DNA of 64,000 nt from assembly GCF_041146345.1 (NCBI RefSeq), contig NW_027191404.1:1178001-1242000 (forward strand). Direction: 5' to 3'. The position numbers were made by a program, and so were the translations under genes. Under the pieces are notes generated by a model. That model had not been told where the DNA came from, searched no databases, and worked only from the letters and a program-made list of their open reading frames with translations. Source of the stretch: Neodothiora populina (Eukaryota). Positions 12,321-25,431 of the stretch are shown here, in pieces; position 1 is the first letter of the stretch; each line of letters starts with the position of its first letter.

Positions 12321-15300
12321 GACTTATTTTGCCCTCCTCTTTGCGTCCGGCATACGTTGCTCTGTGATGCAGCGGACTCACTCTTGAGGGCTATAGTAAA
12401 AGACTCCCACGTGCTTTAGAAACTTCTTTCTGGATTCATAAGAAAGGCGTAATTCGGGAGGCGACATATATTTCGGCATCATATAACACTCGTATAGATA
12501 ATCAAATCCGGAAATGTTCACGCAATCATTATTTTCCGACGTCTAGACGAATATCAAAATTTAGAGTCGCAATCGCACTCGCAATCACGCTCTCTTGCCA
12601 AAAGCCCCGACAGAGATCGTCTCCTCCCCGTCCAAGCTTGACCCACAGACGATTGTTTGCTGTACTCGTGCGTGGTATAATGAGCTTCCTCAATCGGGTG
12701 TCGTCTCGAGGGGCGCAATCGATCTGTGGATCATGCGGCACAAGGACCAAGATCATTCGGAGTCATTTCACGACGGTGATTACCTCGTTGGAGATCATAC
12801 AGGCGAGCAAGCGGGCCGTCGTAAAAGAGATCCGTTGGTTTGGGAGCTTTTGCCCTATTGTTGTATACAGTACTCTTACTCTGCGGGCGGACTATGCTCC
12901 ATTCTCCACTCTTCCGATCGACAAGCACCAAGTGGGTCGGGACTCGTAGCGCTGCCCACTAAGTGAGCTTCACTTTCGATGAAGATTAGAACGACCGAGG
13001 CAAATCTACTCTTTCAGCCAAGTTATTGAAAACTCTGTCGAATGGGGTCCAAGCAGACAGGGAGGAATGGTCCGCATAGGATCGCTTAGCACTTGGGAAT
13101 ATATTATTGATGTCTGGAATATTCATCAATTGCAACGTGGGTTTTGGTGGGTCTCATGTCCCTTGCGACGTTGGAGTCGCGTGAATATCTGCCATGTCTT
13201 ACCATAGTGTGGCAGCAACATTTATTGAAGCTTCGCTTACAACTATGACTTTCCAGAACAACGGGCATTCTTATGAAGACCGCCATCAAGGCTCTTAGGA
13301 GACTTCACAACAGAAGAAAAAAAGCTGCCGGCACGGGACGCTGCACGCCGTGGCCCTGCCAGAGTGCAGCGGGAGATGCATGTCATGCCTGCTATCTGCA
13401 TGGGGTAAGGTAGTGCCCGCTGCACGCCAGATGATGAACAGAGGAAGTTTTTGTTTATTGTTTACATACAAGTAGTCGAAAGGCAAGACGTTGGAACACC
13501 TGAGACAACAACAAGGCCCAGTCTTGGATTCCAATGAACATACTCAACGTCGTCTCCAACTCAAAGTGAGACAGAACGAAGCGCTGTGTTTCAAGGACGG
13601 CTTGTAGCCCAGAGGGTCGGCTGCGCTCATGGCGTGAATGAACCACCTATACCTAAACAGCAGGTATACCCGAGTAGATATTATTTGCGGAAAAGGCGGT
13701 GTGTGAAATCCCCACGTCGCTGATCTCTCGCTGCGTTCTCGTCTTGTGCCTAATAATGAAACCTGGATATCTACTTGAGATGAATTATTGATTGACCGGG
13801 GTGCTGCTGCTGGTTGGGAAGTTGCGCAGTCGATTGTTGCACGGTCGAGATTTTATTCGGGTCTTCAAGCGCACATGCTAAGAAATCGGTTGGCTCTGCA
13901 AGGGGCGCGCCCTCTTCGCTCTGAGCGCCGTGGCTGAGCTAGCAGCAGGATAAGCACGCTCGTCCTACGTGTACAATGGTAATTGGAGCTGCCTTGCCGA
14001 CTACCCAAGGCTGTCGCCCTTCCATACAACAAGATTGGCGTTCATGCTGACAGCGATCGTCTCCCGTCCTAGGTCGAGTGTCGCGATTGACCTTGCGTTT
14101 CCTCCGTATACTCCGCTCATGTGCTGTTCTACAAACCCTTTTTCTTCTCTTCACACACGGGCACCTACTACCACTCGTGGTCTTTGCAGCAGGCCGCGAA
14201 GATCGTTCGCGCACACGCATGATGCGGGAAAGCGGGAAGAATCGAACCCGATCCACGATGGCGCAACTTCTGGCTATGGCCCATTGGTGATGGCCGGGGC
14301 CCCCGTGCCTAAAATCGCTTGTCGGGTGAAGGCATCTCGTAGCCAATAATGACGAGCTCCTGTGTCCGCTCGTCGAGCTAATCCTGCCGCAATCGTTGAG
14401 CGCTTACCCATTTGAGCATGAACAAGAGTGTTTCAGGGTAGAAAGGGGGGATGGGCAGAGAGGCTCGCCAGCTTGGTTCTCGACCAACCAGATTACCCGG
14501 AGAAGGTAGGGTTACTGCCCATTACTTCTCAGATGTGTTTCTTCCGAATCATCATCATTCATGGTATTCATATATACACATCGACTACTCTAAAGGGCAA
14601 TCCCTCTGTGGAAGGAAAGGACCCACTGCCAATTTCCCCCGGCTCAACTAAGTGGTCACCTGTACCAATTCCAATCTCTCCACTTTCCCAAATCACATAA
14701 TTTCATATAGCAAGATGCGAGTTCGTCTCACAAACACGTGATGTAAGAAGGAGGGGGCTTCCACTCTTGCCTCAACACACTCGGCTCGTCCATGGTACCG
14801 GGAATTTGGTGTGAGCAGCCTGTTCCTGTCTAGGCATTACATTAATTGAGCAGGGGATTTCGATAAACAAGACGATACGAGCATCGTCCTCATCGGACAT
14901 CGTCATTGGACGGACTTGCACGGTGGTATACGATGACATGGCACCAACCGAACAGCATTTGGAGAAAATGGTGCGTGCGGCGCTTACCTTATCATTGAAC
15001 GATTGATTGCGCGACTGGTGCCGGGAAGAACGACGCTACTCGATAAGATACGTGTATCACCTCAGGTAAGGTAGGAACCGTTCAAGGCCCGGTGCCAACA
15101 CGTTGTAAGGGCGGACGCGCCTCACAAGAAACCGTCGTCTACAGAGCAGGTTTTCCCACGAGCTGTGAAAAAGCCAGCGACGGAAGAATGTATAATGGTC
15201 AGCCAGAAGCGCTGTCGCAAGGTACCTTGGGCCAAGTAGTCCCGAGATACACGATACTCTGGCTTTCGACCAACATTTCCGTAGGGTTTCCGAACCGACG

Positions 15301-16369
15301 AGGAATAAAAAAGCATAGGAGGTTTACAGTTGCTGCTTGCCCTGGACAAACCTGGCCGGCCAGTCGTGCAAAGCCCTCTCCTGTAAGCACGACAGCAACA
15401 GCAGCAACGAGTTCGCCCTCCTCATCATCGGACAATATGGGAGCCAATCCTTGTTTTCGCCTTGCCCTGCCTCCCCATGATACGATGCGTGACCAGCTGG
15501 GTAAATTTACAAGTATGAATCGTGTACAGTACAGATGCGTTATCATCAAGGCAAGACGTTGCGTGCCGCAGTACCGCGTGCGCCGTTGCTTGTTCGTGAG
15601 GCCTCGTCGATCAACACTTTATGATCCCAGCGCTTTATCCAATTCGTAACAGTGGGTCTCTCTTGGTGGCGTGCATTCCTGCAAGCGCCACATCGCGCTA
15701 TGCCTCCCACCCTCAACAGAGCAAGCATGCGCCCGCGCATCGGGCCGCTGTTTGCTGCAATCTGCTGCAAGAGAAGCCGTGACGCTGACCCCGTCTTTCC
15801 ACCGCTTTGTGCAGGTACAGTACATTACCGAATTGAGGCTCACGCGGACTTTCACCGAGACGGGTGAGGTCTACTGGACCTTTTCGGTTGAATGGGGGGC
15901 AGAGGTAGTGCAGCGACAGGCCTTGGACAGATGTGAAATGGCTGCGAGATGCATCGGTGGCACCCGACTCCCATAAACAAGCACACAGCACTCGCAGAAG
16001 CAAGCGAGCGAGAGAGCTGAGCGAGGTGGGCATAAACAGGCCCGTACGTGTTACCGAACCCACCCAGCTTTTCGCCCAAGCTCAGCACGCTAAGTCAGGA
16101 GGCACACAAGTGACAAAACGAAGACCCAGCCGTCGGAACGCCAAGCTCCTGTTTCCCCGCTCGTTGACAAGTGGACTGCCTAGCCGCCTGAGAATCAGAG
16201 GATCCCTGCACAGCTAAAGCCTGCCCGTCGCGTAGTCTGTCCCGGCCTTGCGCTAACGGGCGCCTTCCTCCTCGGATGGACCCCAACCTCTCTCTGAGCT
16301 TTCCCGTTACTCTAATCATCTATCTTGAGGCGCTCCGCACGCCCTTTTCTCGTTCGCGTCTGTCTTCTC

Positions 16370-16599
16370 ATGCAACTCCTGCAGGTAGACTTACTAGTTC
16401 TTTTAAACTACGAGGTATGTGTCTCTCGACTTTTCCCACCTGTCGTTGTTATTGTTGTTTGCCTTCCCATCCGTGCTTGAGGTTTCCTGCATCTCCCCCA
16501 TATGCATATTACCTTACAGATATTTACACCTCACATCCACCACTACCATTCCACCTTACCTCGTAATCGCTAACCCAGCTTATCGCCCTGCAGCTCTGA
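16370..16599 (+). promoter_or_regulatory. Candidate spliced upstream ORF in the stuA 5' leader (intron about 16415-16593)
   Basis: ATG at 16370; donors GTAGAC 16385 and GTATGT 16415; branch GCTAAC 16569-16574; acceptors CAG ending at 16578 and 16593; TGA 16597-16599. All four donor/acceptor combinations are in frame. Confidence 0.55.
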
Positions 16600-17549
16600 G
16601 CCCGGAGAGCGTGTTTCAATTCACGAACTCCTACGATCTGCCACGAAACGACCTTTATTTTTTAACGACCAGAAAAGGGCTTTGAATAACGATCCTTCAA
16701 TCCCCAAAAAGTATATTGTTGGCTCTCATCTAGACCGGCAACTTGCATATCTTGCATCTCGGACCTTAGGAAACCACCACGACTGCAACGACGACAGCAT
16801 AGCTCAATCTTGTCGCTGTTTCTTCTCTGAACACTAGCACCAATCCTATACGTGCTTTTAGTATCACGACCGACCTCCGCCTGCTATCGGGTTACCTGTC
16901 TCACGGCTACCCTCTCGCGCGCTCAATCGCGACTTCCTTAGAGACGCGTCCGCATCATAGATCTCAGCTACCGTCAAAGCAAGTTGCTTCCAAAGCAACA
17001 TTCCACTCGCTTTACAACGACTTGACGGACTGCACAGGGTAAACACTTTTACCCCGGTGTCTCAGTGCAGCTCGTGTTTAGAACACTACCTTTGACAGTA
17101 GGTGCTTCTTCGTCGACAGAAGCAGCATCCCACCTGTCAACAATACCGAAAAGCTGGCTCTCCCATCCATTTCGCAGGTGCAACCCCGAGGGTTCGAAGA
17201 ACACCAGACTTGGTATCAACCAAGTACCATCTCTCACCAGCCTTCCACTGCGGAACGCCTGCCGGCTCTCTCGCAGATCCAGTCTCACAACACCTACTCC
17301 TCGGTGGGATCTTCACCACGAGGAGGCTCTATCACTTCGGCCGAGATTCCCGGCGGTAGCGATAGCCTGACGTCGTACTCTTCTTCCATCAACGGTGCAT
17401 ACCAGACTGGATTGAAGACTCCTTCCCCAGATCAGAACTCTCAATATTTCCGCAAGGACAGTGTACAGTCTGCCTTGCACTCCCACTCTCAGTCACTACC
17501 CTCGGCTCCCTTTACCACCTTTGACCAGAGCAGCGGCACCTACATCAGC

Positions 17550-19401
17550 ATGAACGGCCCGTCATCGTACATCGATGTGAGCCAGAGTCACATGCCCCAG
17601 ACTATCCAGTCTTCGGCGCCTCCCCCTGGACTATCGCATTACGCCAATTACCAGACCACACAGCCCATGCAAGGTGCGCCTCATCCGTATGGTTCTTCTC
17701 CGACTTCCTACTCGGGCTATGGCTATTCGAACGGCCTTGCTCCTCTACATCCCGGGCATTCGAGTGCACCTTCGGTTGGACCACAAATGGTCGCACAGCA
17801 GCATCCATCGCTGCCAACCATTGCCAACTCTGTTCCACCGGGGTCTGCTGGAGGGCAACAGTATCCGTCGCAAAGCTTCGATACCACTGGACAGCTCGCG
17901 CCTCCGGGCATGAAGCCAAGAGTCACCGCTACACTGTGGGAAGATGAGGGCAGTTTGTGCTTCCAAGTTGAAGCCAATGGCGTATGTGTCGCTCGCCGCG
18001 AAGGTATGTAGTTCACGTGCGATCCCTTATATAAGATTCCTACTGACAGTGTTCTATTTAGACAACCACATGATCAATGGTACCAAGCTCTTGAACGTTG
18101 CAGGCATGACCAGAGGTCGCAGAGACGGCATCCTGAAGAGCGAGAAGACCAGACATGTGGTCAAGATTGGGCCAATGCATCTCAAGGGTGTATGGATTCC
18201 TTTTGATCGCGCCCTCGACTTTGCCAACAAGGAGAAGATCACTGAACAGCTCTATCCCCTTTTCGTGCACAACATTGGTGCATTGCTTTACCACCCTCAG
18301 AACACAGGAAGGCAAAGCATCAGCGGTGCAACTGCCATAGCTGCCGCTGATCGCAGACGTCAGGATGGTAGCCATCCTGACTACATGAGAACTCCTCAGC
18401 ACCATAACCTTGCCAACCCTAATGGATCGCACCTTCCACAGCCGCCTCTTTCTGCTGGCGGCAGACCTTCGCTGGACCGAGCGCAAACATTCCCAACACC
18501 CCCTACCAGTGCATCCAGCATGATGGGTATCAACCACTCGGGGAGTTATGAGTGGGGAGCGCCGGCACCCTCAGCCGTCCAAGGAGGACAGCCCAATGGA
18601 TTGTCCATTGATACCAGCATGAATGCACGATCTGTTCCACAGACACCTGCCACGACTCCCCCTGGCACTTCCGTGGCCCAGATGCCCGCCTACCAGACCA
18701 CCCAGCCTTACGATGCGTCTAGACAAATGTACACGGCACCTTCGCAGCAGGGGGGCTATGGCAACCAGTCAGGCATGCCTCGCTATGGGCAGTTGCAGCC
18801 TAGTCCTTATGTCAAGACTGAGATGGCGCCCCCAGCTCGTGGCGGTGCAGAAGAATCGAACGGCGACCATAAGCCGCAAGATGGCTACGGCTCCCAGTCG
18901 CACGCTGACAACTCCGAGAGCGAGCACGAAGGTGAATACACTCATTCTGCCGGTCCTTATAGTGGGAACAGGGTTTCGTATGGGTATGGTGCGCATCCTA
19001 CCCCATCCGCCATGCACGGGGACCAATCCCACATGTCTTCGGAACTCGCCGGCTCCCCACACCACAAGAGTTCGGGAGGCGCAACGCCTCGTACGACAGC
19101 AAGCTACAACGCGTACAATACACCGCAACGAACTCAGCTTCCATCGAGCAACCTTTACAGCGTTATGAGTGACAATCGCAATGCCGCCAATGGCGCGGAT
19201 ATGTACGGCAGTCACAACCCTTATTCCGGGTCGTATCCTAACGGCCTTCCTCCTCCGAACAAGCGTGTCCGCGACCTTGACGAGACAGATGATGCCTACA
19301 GTAATGGCTCCGAGGACCATAGCGGTCTGAAGCGTCGCAGAACAGTGCGCGAAGACAGCGTCGGTCGCGCTCAGCCAGTTCTCGCCACGAAGAAGCGATG
19401 A
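17550..19401 (+). CDS. stuA: APSES transcription factor StuA/Asm-1, from the first in-frame ATG; intron 18004-18061. A non-AUG N-terminal extension is possible (see findings)
   Basis: APSES domain KPRVTATLWEDEGSLCFQVEANGVCVARRE|DNHMINGTKLLNVAGMTRGRRDGILKSEKTRHVVKIGPMHLKGVWIPF, plus StuA motifs RPSLDRAQTFPTPPTSASS and YVKTEMAPP. Confidence 0.97.
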
Positions 19402-20136
19402 AAGCATTCCGCCCGGGACTTTACATGAGATCCTCTTTTGGCTATTCTACCATTGCATTTCCAGCACTTGTCTTAATGTTTGCGATTTTGCACTGACACG
19501 ACCTGATGAACGACACTTAAATGACGATGAATGATCATTCCATAAAGCGTATGGGAATTCGAAAGCCAGAAATCCTTTTTATATTTTCTTAACCTTTATT
19601 TTGTTCGCTTCTGCTATGTTTCGAGATTTGTTCCTTATGTCCTGTTGTATTCTCTCCTTTGTCTTTCCTTCACTTGGTCTAATAGCCTCCATCTCAGGCT
19701 AGCACAGAGGGCTCGCTGTCCAGATCCACCAGCATTTCGGGTCTGGATCCCTCGCGAGGAGAAGAAGGAGAGAATAGTTGCCAACGGACGGGCATGTTTT
19801 GGGATGGACTCGAGAAACACGTATGGCCGATCGATATGAATGACCGGCGATGTAATGAAAAACCTACACAAGGAACGCGCGGCGGGCACTGTACATCGAA
19901 CTTTTCAGTGCGCAATAACTTTCACTTTACAAAAAAAGTCAATCCTTTATCATATATTCTTAAACTACTCTCTACTTCGTAAACTACCATTTTTTGTTCT
20001 CTTTATACTACCATGTCCACTTCTTGCTTCCTAATATACATGATGTAGACGCACCACAAAGAAAAGACGATTAAGGTTCCTCAGGCGGAAGTAAAGGCAA
20101 GTATGTCATGCATATACGCATGCAAATCCATGAAAC

Positions 20137-20162
20137 AGGCAGGCAGGCAGGCAGGTAGGCAA
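20137..20162. repeat. (CAGG)n tetranucleotide microsatellite, intergenic
   Basis: aggcaggcaggcaggcaggtaggcaa. Confidence 0.7.
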
Positions 20163-20681
20163 GCAGTCACATCTTTCTTTTGTCCCCATGCCTATGCCTG
20201 CCGGGCTATCACCCTGCTGCGCTCTGCATCTCTCTACTGCGTCCACATCACACTTGCCTTACATGGATGGACAGACGCCCCTTATTAGCGTACAGTAGGA
20301 TTTTTGTTAAGCTTCTTCTACTGTTACTCGCGAGACAGCTGGAGCCGTGCATATGTAAGGCCTGCTACATACCTTTGGGCTATGTCGTGCATTTGCGTGC
20401 CGCGGTACGGCATTTCGTCTCGTTGTTATCTTCCGCATCTATATGCACATTGCGCTCCTTCAGGACGTGAGATTATTACAATGTCTCGGAATGGATCATC
20501 GCGTTTTTGGACCGAGTGGGAAGTGCATGCGAGCAGTGAAAAGCTATATGGAAGGACGTTCCGCATCTCCAAAAGACATGAGTATATATATGCTACAGTA
20601 AAACAACGACGATCCGACTAATTTACACTGGATCAAAACATTGTATACCTTATCCACCTTCCGTATGCAGCTTGTCACACT

Positions 20682-22720
20682 TTAATCATACTTGAATTTC
20701 TCGTTGCCTCTCTTGACGAACCTCATCGGCACTTTGCCTTTCCTTAGTTGGATGGTGATGATCGTGCCCATGCCGTTCTGAAGCAGATCCAATGCATTAT
20801 CTTTGGCTTTCCGCCACGTGTGCTCCTGCGCGCTATCTGACATAGAAGCGAGTTCTTCGTCGCTGGCATATCTATCGAGCGCGAGCTCGACGCTATACTC
20901 ACGGAATATGACAGCGAGGACAGCCAGGACCTCAATCTGCGCGAAGCGACGCCCAAGACAGCTCCGTGCACCTTCGGAGAAGGGGATGTATGCGCCACGA
21001 GGAGGATGGAAAAGACTTGGCGAAGTATCGGCGCCCTGTGGACCTCCAAAGTCGTCCTCGGCATCAGGCTCGTCGTGTAGGTGCTGGTCTGCCGGTTGTG
21101 CACTGTTGGTCTTTGATTGCTTCAGCAGCCAGCGCTCGGGCTTGAACGAATCCAGATCGGTGGCCACTTCGGCAGCTGAGACATTGGGACCGCACAAGGT
21201 TGGCCAGTAGCGAGGATTGCGATGCACGCCCGGAGTGTCGAGGGAGATGAAGCTACCGGCGGGAACGATGACTCGTCTGCCGTTCAAGTTCAGGGGTTGT
21301 GGAGAACCCTTGGGGGTGCTTTTGGGGATACCGGTCACAGGAGGAATAAGGCGCAGTGTCTCATTCATGACTGCACCAACCATATTGCCAAACAATTTGG
21401 GGACGTCGCGGTCGTAGTTCCAAGCACTTATTGGCCTGTCTCCAAAAACCTCGTCGATCTCCTTTTGAAGACGGGCCTGGCTGTGCCAATTCATGGCCAA
21501 CTGAAGCATCGAAAAATGCAAAGTATTCGCCGCTGTCTCATGCCCAGCAAGAATAAAGACGAACGCGTTGCCCAAAATCTCATCGTCGGAAAGCATCTGT
21601 TTGGACACGCCATCCTTTGCCGTGTCTTGAGCATTGAGCGAGTCAGCAGTGATACCTGCTCCACTAACAAGCGCACCTGTATCGCTGATCAGTAGAAGCA
21701 CCAGCCAACAAAAGTCGAATTTGACTCACCCATCAAGTCCATTCCCTCGCGGACCTTACCGGCCTGGATGTCGCTCTTTTTAGCTTCATACATTTCTCTC
21801 ATGTATTTGCCCCATTCCAAAAATGATTCATTCGCAGCCTGAATCGACTTGAATGGCGCGTAAGTCAGGACCCAGCGTGGTAGCAGCATCACGGCGAGAA
21901 TGTTCTCAAGCAGATTACTCAATGCGTCCTTGTAAGACAGGGTATGACCTGCAGGGACAGTGCCGGCCTTGCCACTTGCTTCGATCTCCTCATGAGGCCA
22001 TAGTAACCTAACACCAAAGCCAGCTTTGCTGATAACATACAAGCTGAGTCGCATAGTGGCAGCCTGAACGTCCCCGATGGTTGTGGTCGTCTTGCGAGAG
22101 TCGTCACCACCAATCCAGCTAGTCATCATTGCTTTACCCTGGTGCAAGCTTTCCAACCATACAAGATGATTATTGCTCTCAGTGAATGGTGGCGAGGTGA
22201 TTTTTCGGTGATGTCTCCATAGTTGACCTTCTGTAGTAACAACATTGGTGCCGAACAGGTTGACAGACCCATAGAGTTCCAGAGGCTTAGGAAAGTCATT
22301 CTTGCGGGTAGTGATCTGAGTGATAGCCTCCGCATTCGCCACAAAGACAGTATTGTGGCCTGGAGTGCAGAGAATGAAGATGTCGCTTCCAACACTCTCG
22401 AAGACCTCGAACTTTCTCGTCCACGTCCACTCCGTATCCATAAAGCTTTCAGGAGGTCAGCGATCATGCCGTGGACAATGTAGACTTCGATATACTTACG
22501 GCAACCATGACTGAGTCCATGAGGACGGTAACTTCTCAAGCAATGGCAGCCAGAGCTTGTGCGTTATCAACCAGAAGCGATTGAAATGGTATATTGGGGC
22601 CCAGACATATGGTATGCCCGACCTCTTCGCAGCCTCGAGGTTGCGAGAGTAACATCGCCAATAGTTGACCACATAAAGGATCGCCAAGCCTGCCAGCACC
22701 AGCCATACGACAGGGAACAT
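20682..22720 (-). CDS. Cytochrome P450 monooxygenase; introns 22446-22499 and 21677-21730
   Basis: N-terminal TM anchor, I-helix AGHETA, ETLR, PERW and heme-binding FSEGARSCLG. Confidence 0.95.
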
Positions 22721-23657
22721 ACTTAACCGAAGAATTCAAGGCGCGAGGTCAGCAGCTTGCATTCACAGGTTAGAACAATTGTAGAGAAGAAACTCCAACA
22801 AACAGGAGCAATTTCAACAATGGACAACAGCAAGAGACTCACAGATACCGTCTGTCCAAAGAACGTCCTGGTGCACCACATGTATGACGCTTTGCACCCA
22901 TAACGTCTCAACTCGGATGCTGACCTAACCGAGGACCCCCCCCTTCGTTTCTCGTTTAGACGGCTAGGCTAGGCCCCTTCTGACCTCGCTTCGACAACAT
23001 GACTTGTGTACGGTACTGTGCACATCTCCTGCTTGGTCGTCGATGAAAGTGACTTCGATGTGAACGAGTACTTGCGTAACGAAGCTAGGTAGGCAATAGT
23101 GTAGCTGTTGACTCTGTCCAGATCCATTGACATCGATGCAGTAGTTTTTGTCATCGAATAGAAGACATGTCAATGGAAGGTAGGAGGCCCAGCCTGCGTG
23201 ATTCGGCCTCTAGCAGCGCTCTTTCTGACTATTCAGATCGGCAACACTTATACTCACTATCTAGCATCGTAAGGTGCACAGTCAAAATGCATATCCCGTC
23301 ATCTCAAGATCAGCAGCGGTCAGCTCAAGCCATCGATATCACGTAGAATATATCAACTATGCACGGGCACAAAATACGTAGAAACAGTAGTCTTACAGAA
23401 TAACAGAATGTAATGATTCTGCTGGCTCCCGTCCACGTCCCTCTTACAGACATCGCCCATCGCTCTTTCTTGAGTGAGCTTAAGCTTTGAGCTGGAGCTA
23501 TTCTATGAACAGATATCTTATACTACATGATCGCCATGTCGAAAGAAACCTTCTTGGTTCACCCGTCTAGTCCTCCTCAATATACCTTATCCATATCCCT
23601 ATCCGTTGAAACCATCCCAATTCAAGGTTCACGATATAGTACCATACCTCACTATCA

Positions 23658-24471
23658 ATGCAGTCCTTCCTGGCATTTCTCCTGGTCACCTTCTCAATCC
23701 TGACCCTCGTCCTCGCCACACCACTTTCAGACGCCACAGAGCTATCACGAATGGCCTCACAGCACGCAAACACAATGTTCACCTCGCTGAACGGCACAAT
23801 CCTTCTAGTCAGACAACCAAACCCTTCCTTTTTGTATATTTCCGCCAGCTGTAGTTGCTGATCAGACATGGAATTGAAAACAGAATACCTCCGCAATGGT
23901 TACTCAGCTCTCAACAGCCATCCAGGGCGCAAATGCCAGATTGCCCTTGTTTTATACCGGGAACAGTACTCTGGACTTGGTATACATTGACGTGAGTCGA
24001 CAGGAGCAATTCGATATAGTCATACTCGGGACAGGTGTCACACTGTTCAGTGTCCTGACATGGGCGTGATCCAGTATCTCGATGAGCTACACAGCATGGC
24101 AGACGCATGTCAACGCCGCGGCCGTCTCTTCCACTCGGAGATGAACCTGCCTGTCTATCAAGCCTTGCAGGCTCTTTCTGCCTCTGTACATGTAAGTTCT
24201 TGCCTCTATCTGCATCACTAATCCTGATTGAGCAAGAGAGTTTCGTCCGTCCTTCATCTGAGAATAGGTGGCTGGTAGAAGGCTGGGCGATATGCAGGTA
24301 TATGGCACGACCCTAAGGTCGAGAGGCATGGTTGGACGGAATAGCGTCATCAGGACAATGACTGCTGGGAGCAACATCATCAATGCGCAGGCCGCTTGGG
24401 TCCAGAATGTCAACTACCCGGGCAAGCTGAAGAAGAGGATATTTCAAGTGAGTCAGGAGGCATCGTTGTGA
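23658..24471 (+). CDS. Putative small secreted protein, multi-exon; exon structure uncertain
   Basis: Signal peptide MQSFLAFLLVTFSILTLVLA|TPL. Downstream protein-like segments EYLRNGYSALNSHPGRKCQIALVYTGNSTLDLVYID, YLDELHSMADACQRRGRLFHSEMNLPVYQAL and NAQAAWVQNVNYPG are separated by GTGAGT/GTAAGT introns. The phase of the first junction could not be resolved. Confidence 0.5.
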
Positions 24472-25362
24472 GATGCGAAGAAAGATTCGAGTAGCTCCTG
24501 TGTGTAACAATGTGACATTCTTTTCTTCTTGCAAAAAGGGCGATGGCCATCATGACCCTGATCGTCTAAATCTACAACGTTTACCTTGGTCGTCCAGGAA
24601 GTGCTTATGTGAGGATGCCTTTCTCCATTATGTGGACGGACAAGTCGGTGTTGAGCCGAATAAGTGCTTTTAGAAGCAAAAATGATGTAACATACAGGAG
24701 AAAAATCTCGGGTAAATAACGCGATAATGGTAATGCCTCTAGTATCTTGTCGTTGCGCTGGTTTCATGAAACGCCATCAAAGGGAAGAGGGAGAGCTTGT
24801 GGAAGAGAAAAAAAGAACGAATAGAAATTCTCAAATAATGACAGCGAATAAGTAGGACACATTTAGAGATAGCGAAAGAGCGACATGCACCGCGTGCGAT
24901 CAGTCGCCGTCTCTGTCAATGCGCTCTCCACCTGCTACAACAAAAATGACTTGATAGATGAATAAGAAAAGGCAAAGTGATCCACAACAAGCTTGTGGAT
25001 CCATGTAAAAGATGAACATGAAAAGGCAGGCGTACTCTTCCGGTGCAAGGGGTATAAAGGGCGGCGCGCGCAATCTGCAAAACTCTCCCTCAACAACGAC
25101 GACGACAATAAGCAACGACCGCTTCTTCGATGCAAAGTTTCCATAAATTATTCCCCATTCATGCGAAGGCACGAGGAGCGGCGATGATTTCTTTGGCTCG
25201 CATGCCGGTGATATCGCACTCTCTCTGTCCCGTTCCTCCGCGCCAGACGACCGTTACGGTTGATATCTTATATTGTGTTTTATCGTTTATGCTCTATTTC
25301 CGCGAGCATCGTAAATAATCATTATTGTAAATTTTCTGTAGTTGATGTTCATCCGATGAGGA

Positions 25363-25418
25363 ACGATGTTGATGTTGTTGATGATGGTGATGATGATGAT
25401 GGTAGTGATGGTCGTGGT
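25363..25418. repeat. Degenerate (GAT/GTT/GGT)n trinucleotide repeat just downstream of the MIT-gene stop
   Basis: gatgttgatgttgttgatgatggtgatgatgatgatggtagtgatggtcgtgg. Confidence 0.6.
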
Positions 25419-25431
25419 GTGTCGTAGTACC

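Noticed and set aside
12400..16300. Short ORFs and StuA-response elements (WCGCGWNM) upstream of stuA
   Set aside because: The ORFs lack recognisable motifs, and the few CGCG-type matches are not distinguishable from chance.
20682..24471. Secondary-metabolite cluster around the P450
   Set aside because: There is no PKS, NRPS, terpene synthase, transporter or cluster regulator nearby; the neighbours are stuA and housekeeping genes.
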